Source of the DNA: Lama glama
Lineage: Eukaryota
Reading direction: 5' to 3'
Assembly (NCBI GenBank): GCA_028534125.1
Contig: CM052816.1
Location: 83,702,001 to 83,766,000 of the forward strand
DNA length: 64,000 nt
The notes below the pieces were generated by a model. The model worked only from the letters and a program-made list of their open reading frames with translations. It had not been told where the DNA came from and did no database searches. This document shows, one piece after another, positions 54,161-64,000 of this stretch; position 1 is the first letter of the stretch; the number at the start of each line of letters is the position of its first letter. A program made the position numbers and the translations under genes.

Positions 54161-55349
54161 AACAAATTAGGGTAAATTAAATGAGTAAATTTAATTCTAT
54201 ACAGTAATTACTTCAAAGCTCAGCTTGCTGATTCAGTGAAATACTGCCTTATTTTACAATTATTTATTTCAGATTATTAAGCTCGTGATTTAAGGCTAAA
54301 ATATATTTATTCCTACAAAAAAATGTAGCATAATCTTCTTTGCATAGACTTATAGAGCTGAAAGTTAGTATGTTGTAGTGGTGAAATTGTCTTACCATAG
54401 AAAAGATGCAAAAAATAGTTAACTCCTGACCATGTGATATGATCAATTCACTCCAATACGGTTTTAGTAACTTGACCATCTGAAACATTAGTTCTTGTTC
54501 ATTTTTCTATTTAACTACTAAATGCTTATAATCAAATATTAACTGAACCAGCAAAACTTTTAACACACACCATTTTCCAGGCAAAGAAGTCTGTATAACA
54601 GTAAATTTTTAAATTTACCTCCAAGGAGTTCTTTTTGAAAAAAAGTCAAGTTTACACAAGTAAAGGCAGCCTATATAGTAATTCTATATATCTAAGAAAA
54701 TACTTTAAAATTTCTGGTGAATGTATGAAAATGTGAGATGAAGCTATCACACCACAAGATGGCAGATTAAGGCCACTAAACCAGTATTTCTTGCAGGAGT
54801 AAGTTTCTATTCTCTTTTATATGCATGTTGAATTTCTACAGAATTTTTAATAATACAAACTGTATAAAATTCAGGTGTAAGCTGATAGTTGGAGCTCTAG
54901 TATAAGTTAAACATTATTTTTCAATCAAGTATCACTTTACAGTTTTATTATATTAAGGTATACTAAATAATTTTCTTAAATAAAGAGAATTATTTTCTAT
55001 GATTTATATTTGTGTGTAAGGATTTCCCTGAAATCCCCAAGTCTTCTCTGTACCTAATAAACATCAAAGTGAACACAACAAACTTTTGGTCTTATTTCTG
55101 GATAAAATTTACTTCTGGCCCATGTTTGAAATCATGAGACAATTATAGTTACTAAGAACAAACAAATTGAAACAAAAACTAAAAAGACTTGAAACATTTT
55201 TACTTTGAAATCAGCTTATTTGAAAATTTTGGTGTTATTACTTAAATTCCCCAAAACTCTGCCTGCATGATCCTTTCTCATTTTGAACTTCAAGTCCTCT
55301 AATATCCTATTATCGCCTTAAACTTCGCTTATATTTTAAAATATATGAT

Positions 55350-55468
55350 AATGATGGTAACCCAATTGTATATATATGTCGAAACTCACCAACTGTATAC
55401 ACTAATTGTATACATTGTGTACAGTTTTTTGTATACCAATCATGCCTCAATAAAGCTGAGAAAAAAAC
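55350..55468 (+). mobile_element. L1MA/MB-like 3' terminus
   Basis: atgtcgaaactcaccaactgtatacact...gcctcaataaagctgagaaaaaaa. Confidence 0.75.
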
Positions 55469-55799
55469 CCTGCTTGTTCTTTAAATGAATAAATAATATA
55501 TATAAGTAATTGTAATTATAGTTATATTTGAAATTGTATTAGAATTACCATTATAGACTCAAGACAACTACATTATAGAATTAAAAAAAATCTATAGTGA
55601 GGCATTGGTGAAGTTGCAAATACAGGTTACATCTGGTGAGAAAGCTACTAGACATAGACAAATTGTAGAAATGTGTTTTTTGAGGTAATAGCAAGATGTC
55701 CAATGAGGCTGGGCCATAGAAGATGCATTTTGTTACTGTAGCTGGATAATGAGACTGAGAACATGTTTTCAAGGACAACTTAACTCCCAAAAGAAAAAT

Positions 55800-56900
55800 G
55801 CCTGGATGATCCAATCAGTGTCGGGAAATTTTTTAAGTGTTAAATAATTTGATTTTACATTTAAAAAGATCAAATTTCCAGCCCTATGGAAGATGACATG
55901 GACAGGAAGGGAGAGTCTAATTTGGGTCATAGAAAAACCAATTAGGAGTCTTTTCTGATATTCATGATAAAACATAATGAAGATTCAGACAAAAGAAGGG
56001 AAGCAGGAAATGATGCCTGAGATGGTGGAGAAATCACATAGTTAAGTGTGGGGAATTCCTAATTAGTAACCAGTTAGTTCAAAGATTACTATTTATTAAT
56101 TTAACAAATTAATTGAATCCCCACACTATGATAGACACTTTTTTAAACATTAGGCTACAATTTTGCAATACAAACCCAAAGCATTATAGAGCTTACCTAA
56201 TACTGGGAACACATATACACACTGTGATGGCATGTCCCAGGCAGAGGAAACTAAAGTGCAAAAGCACTGAAATTAATATGTTTTAAATACATCAAAGAGG
56301 CCAAAACTACTATACAGGAATGAAAAAGGGAAAAGGTATTGGGAAATACCCTTTTACATCACCTACTAATTTGTGTATTAGCACGGCATAGGCATTAGAT
56401 ACATAGACGTCAACAAGCATAACCATCTGTTGATAGATCATGCAGGCCAGTGGAGAGCTTGCTATATTTGGAGAGAGGTAAGTCAGAAAAATATCTGTGG
56501 GTGTGAAGAAAAAGGAGTCAAGTCTAATGTTTGCAGTGGTTTCTTGGTTAAGCCACCTAGTTCTATAACGATGCCATTAACCTAGATAAAAACATCACAC
56601 GCAAAGTAGTTATTGGTGAGACTTGATGAAAGAATCACAGTTATGAGTGTTGCTTTTCTTTTTTAAGAAGTTGCCATACTATTGAACTGCTAGAAGATGT
56701 CAGTGCAAATTCAAATATTAAAGAAAATGATATCTAAGCAGCATTTTAAAGAAATAATGTAATTAGAATAAGTGAAGTGCGTAGTCTCATGGAAGGTTGA
56801 AAGGAAGATCATATTAGGTTGAGGAACCAGAGAAAGTTTTCTGGAGTTGATACCAACTGACATAAAACCTCAAGAATGGGTAGGATTTTGGCAGAAGTAA
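55800..56900 (-). mobile_element. Clustered L2 fragments
   Basis: 'aaaccaattaggagtc', 'ccaggcagaggaaactaaagtgcaaaagcactga', 'gggtaggattttggcag'. Confidence 0.5.
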
Positions 56901-59900
56901 GGTGTGTTAGGGAGAAAAATCTGAAGCAGAAGGCAAAGCAAAAACACAATCAAGGAAATTTAAAGAATGTGGGAGAAGGGTTGTTTTAGAAACAATAAAC
57001 AATACACTTTTGCTTATGCATAGGATATAAATAAGTAGGATTACCATCATCTTACACATGTATCATTCAGCTAAGGGAGTAAATTTTTCATTCATTCAAT
57101 CATCTTATATTTTCCTTTAGTTTGCATGGTGTCAATGATAATGCAATGGTAGACTGAGACAAGAGGTGGTGAACAAGAAAGGAATGAAAGTCCTATTTCT
57201 AACAGGTGAGGGCATGAAGATTGTGTTCATGTGTAATATGAAAAAACCTGGCTCAAACATCAATAGTCTGTCTGATTAATCATGCATCAGGCTAAACAAT
57301 TCTCAAAACAAAGCACTCTGTCATTCTTCAGGATGAATCTTGACCCAACACTTTTATAGTAGCTCACAAAGAATAACTTTTTTTAATAAAACGCACATAT
57401 TGACTCAAAGGTTGCAATACCACATAAAGGCCAGGCTAGACTGCAGTATAGGCATGGAATTACATAAATTTCACAGATCACTAAGGTATATCAAATTGTT
57501 TGAGGTTGAAAGAGTAGTCTTTTTAATTAGTTATGATTTGCTAGGGTGAATGTCTGTATGGTGAATGTCTTCTTACACTGACAGACTGGAAGAGAGATAT
57601 CAACCATCAGAGGAAAATAAATAATTCCCGTAGAATATGAGTAAGAATATGAGTCAATAGCTATACATGTATTTTGCTGGGTATAAGTGAGTGCATAGCC
57701 ATCTTAAATACATATAGAATTTACCATTCCTAGGAGAGCTCTAATGGAGCATATAAGTGAGAACTCAGAGAAATGGTCATATGGTCAGCATTGACATTGA
57801 TGTATCTAGAAGACATTCATTTCACTTCTGTCTTCTGAGGCAAAGGGCAGAACGTGCTTTTGAATTTGCATTTCCCTCTGGCTGAACACTGTATCACAGT
57901 CAACATTTATATAACTCCATCCTTATTTCATCCCTGTCTCTATTTTTTATGTCACTTCCTCACAGAATTCTTCACTCACAGACCTATGTAAAATAACCAC
58001 CAGCCATGACTTTTGCTCTGCCCTAATTTTCTCCATAATGCATTTATCATTTCCTGGCATTATATTGTATATGTTATTTGCCCAAGGCTATGAATCTGAA
58101 ATAATTTAATCATAATCTTGGAAGCAGGGCAGATGGACTAGGTAGCAGTGATGATCTCATCCTAGCCAGTGCTGCAATTATAAATATTGATTTCTATTAA
58201 TTTTACACTATAAAATTATTGTTAGGAAGTCAAATGTTTTTGGCCTGTTTCAAAAATCAGAAGGACAAATCTCTTTAGTTCAATTATAAATCGTAAAATT
58301 CTAATGTGAAGTTGTGCTCCTGCTTTTGGGCTTTCTGTATCTGCAATTTTAAATTTATTTTGGTGACCAACAATGCAAAACCTGACATCGTCTCCCCCAC
58401 CTTTATTTTTTCTGATTGCAAATAATTAGATTCTATGAAAGGCTGTTGTAGCTTATGTAAGTGTTCGTCAAAGTGGCACAGATATTTAGACCAGGTGGCA
58501 CCGTGGGTGGTTCCTTGATGTCACATCTTTGGTTGGATAAATCCAATCTCACGTGATTTAGCCATGACTGACCGAAAGGAGATTATTGTCCTGATCAGAA
58601 CTTCTGGTCATAAAAATGTCTAATACATGATTTTCTTCCATTATAAACTTACATTTGCCATTATATGTTACTTAACATTTAGTAATTAGAGATATTAGTA
58701 AGAAACCATATTTATTTTTCTAGGTTTTTTTTTTGTCTTAGAGTTTTCAATGAGGCCTGACATTGGGTTTTACAGTGAGAAGCTTTACAAGAGAAACTTA
58801 ACTCAGGTTTCCAGAGATAACACCCAGCAGCTAAACCATTAAGGTAATTACAGAGACAGAGAAGTGAACTGAGGCAGTTTGTCAGACCAAGAAATAGTAG
58901 ATCTAACTAAATTGAATGCTCTGAATAATAATTTTTTAAAAACACATCAGCTGAGACAGAGAGAGGAGTTTCAAGCCAGTCCTGAGCCACTGGCAATATC
59001 TCATTATAATAGAAGTCGCTAAGTAGAATGATTTAAATGTCCTGAATGTAAAAAATGTGCTAATATATACAAAAATAGTATGAGTTTTACAAAGTCTTTA
59101 TTATAATCTTGGAATATTTAAATATAAACAGATTCTAAGCTTTGTTCTATTTTTGCCAACTTTAAAAAGCATAATTAGAGTAGATTTATTTTTCCATCAA
59201 TAAATGAGGTGATACACATAGGTGATTTAATCTGTTTTAAGTATATTGATTATTCAGGAAAATGATCCATAATAATTTAAAGGAGGATTTACTTAAACAT
59301 TGTATACATACTAGGGAGAACAGATTGTTTTTGTGTTTGTTTATATCAACTGGAAGCTTATACCACCTAAATAATTGTTTTATACTCCACTTACTGTAGT
59401 TCAGGTGCAGCTTACTGTAAATATTTCTAAAACAAAATATGTTTTAAGATATTTTAGATATTTAATAGTTTAGACATATTATCTACAAAAATGTCCTGCC
59501 TTAATTTTAAAATGACCTTGTTTTTTTTCAACAGATCATGTAGAAAATTTGCTATTAGTTCATGAAATATATGTAATAAATCATTCTTTCCTCTTCCCAA
59601 CAGATTTGAAAAACCAAAAGTAATCAAATGCTTTCAATTATTTGAGTCTCTTTTGTTTAGTACATTTTTAACAATTAGAAGAATGACAAATACAATTTCA
59701 GTTTTTGTGTAACGTGTCATATACTATCGATTACTTCATCTTTACAGGCAAGTAATCAGAGAAGGGTAATACATAAGCTTCTTATCATAACAATTCATTC
59801 CGTTAGATTTGTATCTAATATCTTTGGCCACCGTGGCATTGATTGTCACATTTATCACAAAGTTTAAGAAGCTGCCAACCAAAGTAAGAGAATTTGATGG

Positions 59901-61434
59901 ACCCCTCACTATAGAAAGGAGTCATTACTGGAAATGCAGTCTCTAATGTTTCAAAATATATTGATTTGAGTTTACTTTTAATATTTTTTCCCTAAAACTG
60001 AATGCATGGACTCATTAAAATACATAATTATGAACAGAACTTGAAGGCCTACTTCTGATTATGGGCAACGTGTTCAGATGGGAACACTGCTATTCATCCA
60101 ATTTACCTCCTTGTAAAATCACCTAATTCTTTAAATCTCAGACCAGGAAAGTCCTGGGGAATAGACAAGATCACTCAGTCTATAGAAAGAGCCTACTTTA
60201 TATAACCTTGCATGTAATGGATGATTGAAAATACATATATTTTTCATTAAGACCTCTATAAATTGTTTCTTTCCTTCACCTCACCAATTCAGACTTAGCT
60301 GCAGATTCTGCAGGAAGAATTGAATGTCTATTCATTATATACCATGTCATTTATAATAAAATATGTAAGGCCACTTTTTGTGTCATATGGACCTGAGTGT
60401 GTTCTGTTATGACACTAGCAGATTAGAATTCTAAGATTTTGGATATTATCTTCTTGGGTTTACACATGTGAAATTACTCTGGGGGTATGTGTGGAACCAA
60501 AAAACAAGGGTTTATGGAAGTTCCAAGGCTCAGTTGAACCTGGAAAATTTGACCTGGTTTCATTGATGATAAATATATTATTGAGTATATAAAATAGGTG
60601 GAAAATGACAAGTCTAATATGATAAAATCCCTTCTTATTTAATAGCTAATCAGTTTATCTAATCTTTGTCACCAAAATAATTAATTTACTTAATTGAGTA
60701 ATTAAAAGGTAATGATATTATAGTTTGTTTTACAGATATTGCCTAAATAAGAAGTGAAAATGAACAGTTTAAAGAGTTATAAATTTTCTGGTTCAAGATA
60801 TTAAACTGAGCACACTAATGAGACTCATCTTACTGGTAAGATCTCATTTAAACTATTGAATATAAAAAGATTTAAGTCTCTAACATGCAACAGAAAAGAA
60901 GGGGACATCAGTATATGAGAGATTTCAGTACACTTATAGGAAGTCAGAAAATAGATGAATAATTTATAAAATGGAAATAAAAACAGCAACATAGAATATA
61001 TGCAGAGAGAATAGTAGGAACGTATATCAGCACAATTGTGTGTAGATTATAGACTTGCTACAACAAGTAACAAATATCAGGCAAAAAGGCCAAAATCAGG
61101 CAAAAATTCTAGAATTAGTGCAAGTTCTGTATATGAAAAAGTGGATACCATTTACTTCCTTGCCTATTCTCCAACACACATTAGGAAAAACAAAAAAGCA
61201 TGCCCCGAGCAAAGAAAAACAATCATACAGAGCTTTCCCACATTATTTGATTGGGTGTTTTGGGAATCATGAAGTACTTAACATGGGTTTGTTACTTATG
61301 TGTAAAGGCTAACATGACTCTTGCAAGTAGAATGACCCGTGAGATTCACAGAGCACCCAGTCAGATTTTCCAGTCTCCTCGTTTAAAATCTTGAGAATTT
61401 AGGCAAGAATCCATGATAAACAAACAGAAAACAC

Positions 61435-61780
61435 AGCTTCAGTTGAAATTATGTCTCTACAAAATTCATATGTTAAAATCCAACCCCCAAGATATCCCGT
61501 TTAGAAGTGGAATTTGAGAGGTGGTAGTGCAAGGATGAATAACATTCCTTCCCTTATAAAGAAGACTCCAAAGAGCTCCTTCCCTCCTTCTACCTCCTAA
61601 GGATGCATCAAGCAGATGGCAGACTATGTACTAGAAACAGGGTCCTCACCAGACATCCAATTTTCTGGCACCTTGATCTTAGACTTTTCATCTCTAGAAA
61701 TATGAGAAATAAATGTTTTTTGTTTATAAGCCCCCAAGTCAATACTATTTTTGTTATAGTCACCTGGAAGGACTAACACA
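61435..61780 (+). mobile_element. MLT1A/MLT1A0-like MaLR solo LTR
   Basis: caaaattcatatgtt, cccttataaagaagactcca, cctcaccagaca...ctggcaccttgatcttagactt, gagaaataaatgtt...gtttataagc, gactaacaca. Confidence 0.9.
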
Positions 61781-61799
61781 GGCAAAAAACTAAGATAGA

Positions 61800-63200
61800 C
61801 AAAGAGAAACATGACTTGAATTGAAAGAGATAATGCAGAGAAGATATCACAACTACAAAAACAACCATTCTCCTTTTTTTAAAAAAAAAAAAGAATTTAG
61901 AAGATCCTGCATTTAAGCCTGAGGACAAAATGTCATGAAACAGGAAAAATAGTAAATAAGAATGATATGTAGGAAATCAAGGATATTACTCAAAATAATA
62001 ATAGAATGTTTCAAAGATAATGCAAAACAAGACGACAAAAGATTGACAATTGAGAACAAATAATTATCACCCCCAAACTGATCAATCCTAGCTCTCCAAA
62101 ATAATACTAACAAAGAGAATTCAGAGATTTAAATTACAATAAAACCAATAAAATATTTTTTAATGTTTGAAAGAGACAGGTCTTCAGTAAAAAAAAGGCT
62201 AGCCAATCTAAGACTGAGTCAGGTAATACTGCTGCATAACAAATCACCCTTGAAACTTAATGATGCAAAATAATTTTTGTATTTTGCTAATTCTGTGGGA
62301 TTCTCTGGGTCAGGCAGTGGAACAAGTCTTGTTGGGCTTGTTGTGCTTTAGCTAAAAAACCTCAAAGTCTGGGAACAACTCAAAGTCTTGGAAGTAGATT
62401 TTACTGAAGTTACCTGCACTCAATGTCTGGTAGTTGATACTGGTTACGGACTAGGACCTCAGCTGGGCTATTGGTGGGAACAACTATATATGGTCCTTCC
62501 ATGTGAAATCCTCGTATGGACTACTTTGTACTTCCTCACAAGATAGCAGCTGAGTTCCAGGAATGAGTACTCCAAGAGTGCAGGTCTTAAGGGAGTGGCT
62601 GATCTAGCCTTGTGATTCATATAACATAACATATCCTGTCCTCTGTTGGTCAAAGAAGACACAACTTTGTTATTCCAGATTCAGTAAGGATGGACAGAGA
62701 CCTTATCATTTAATGAGAAGAGTGACAAAATAAGAAGACTGTGTATGATGGAAGATATTTTTATCGTCATCTTAGAAAATTCAATCTGCCACACTCATAT
62801 TGAGAAAAAATCAGTAAGAAAATACAGAGAAATAGAAAAAAAAAGTATTCTTAAAAGCATCATCCACAAAGGATAAAAAGCATACTAGTATCTGACATTA
62901 ATAAGTAACAAAGGATAATAGAAATTTAAAAAGGAGACAATGTCTTAATCTTGAGGGAAAAAAGGGATTTCTAACTTGACCTATCTACTAACCTATGTGC
63001 CAAGTGTATAAAGAAAAAGAATATAGTAATTTATTTTTGTGCGTGCTTACATGGACTAATAAATGACTCTCCCTAGGCACTCTTCCGGAAGAAGTTACTT
63101 GAAAATACAGTTCAACAACAAAAATCCAATGAACAAATAAAGTTATAGAACTTAAGAGACAGTGGAAAATTAAGAGAGATGTATCATTTTACAAAACTAT
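61800..63200 (+). mobile_element. Very decayed HAL1/L1 ORF1-like region, interrupted by the MLT1 LTR
   Basis: A-rich plus strand with 'aaaggataaaaagcatactagtatctgac...cttgagggaaa...tttctaact' resembling ORF1-type remnants. Confidence 0.35.
62210..62793 (-). mobile_element. MLT1F/G/H-like MaLR solo LTR
   Basis: 'tgctgcataacaaatcaccct', 'gacctcagctgggcta', 'cttcctcacaagatagcagctg', end 'aatctgccaca'. Confidence 0.8.
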
Positions 63201-64000
63201 GTCTGTGGTCTCAATTTAAGAAAATCTATATAGAATTAAATACAAACAATAGACATTTTAATACAAAGCTAGCTGTTATCACTAACATGTTTTGAGGAGG
63301 CCCAAGTTCATTTTCCCCAAGTAGAACATAAGAGAAATAGAAATCCTAAGAAACAAATCAAAACTACCTTACAAAAATGGCAAAGCCCAAATGTGAAGAA
63401 AGGTAGAGTGTGATATATTTAGAGAATCACTGTATGTAATGAAGATGACTCAGTTTGGCCCATTATTCTATAAATTTCATAAGAGCTGAAACGTTGGAGC
63501 CTATTCGTCAAGACATTTTGGGTCAATAACAAATTATATTCAGATTGCTAGACAATTTAAATACTTTATCGCATTTCTAAACATAAGCCAACATTTGGGA
63601 AATGTAAGAGGCAAATAGAGTCACAAAGTAGAACCACAGTGATGTCAACATACAGGGAAAGCTCGAGGTGACTGCTTTGGGAGGAGGAAGAGGGAGTGTG
63701 GGGGCAGATTGGAGCCCTTTTCTGATGTTAGGAGCAACTTTTTTTGTAACAGTGGACAATCAAGAGAAGATACCAAAATCAACGTATCTCAAAATAAATT
63801 TTAAATGAAATATTTAAATAGATCACAAAGAGAAACAGCATCTTAAAAAAAGGAAAAGAAAATCAAGCAAGAAGAGACATTGGACAATTTGAACTAAATC
63901 TTTGTGGAACTGCAAGGCTAATAAATTAGGCAATAGAGGTATAGAAATATTATCTATAAATACAGTAATCACCACCAGACGATTCAATAAAAGGAAAAGA

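Overview
AT-rich, CpG-depleted mammalian genomic DNA, most likely camelid (alpaca/camel). Five copies of a tRNA-derived SINE match my recollection of the camelid Vic-1 type, and the young L1 3' ends look camelid-type. I can support no protein-coding gene: the ORF-track hits are short chance ORFs, repeat translations or N-gap artefacts. The window reads as intergenic or deep-intronic sequence made of SINEs, L1/L2/MIR fragments, about a dozen solo LTRs (ERV1, ERVL, MaLR), hAT MITEs, microsatellites and one 500-N gap. I found no convincing new biological system. The best second-look items are a possible SINE-Pol III terminator-L1 chimeric retrocopy (28.3-28.6 kb), a twin-primed inverted L1 with a perfect TSD, an LTR with an apparent internal inversion, an LTR with a CCAAT-box array, a MER41-like LTR with a GAS-like site, a recent 214-bp tandem duplication and a candidate promoter/first exon near 45.2 kb. 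Repeat family names come from recalled consensus resemblance, not a database search, and the boundaries of old elements are approximate.
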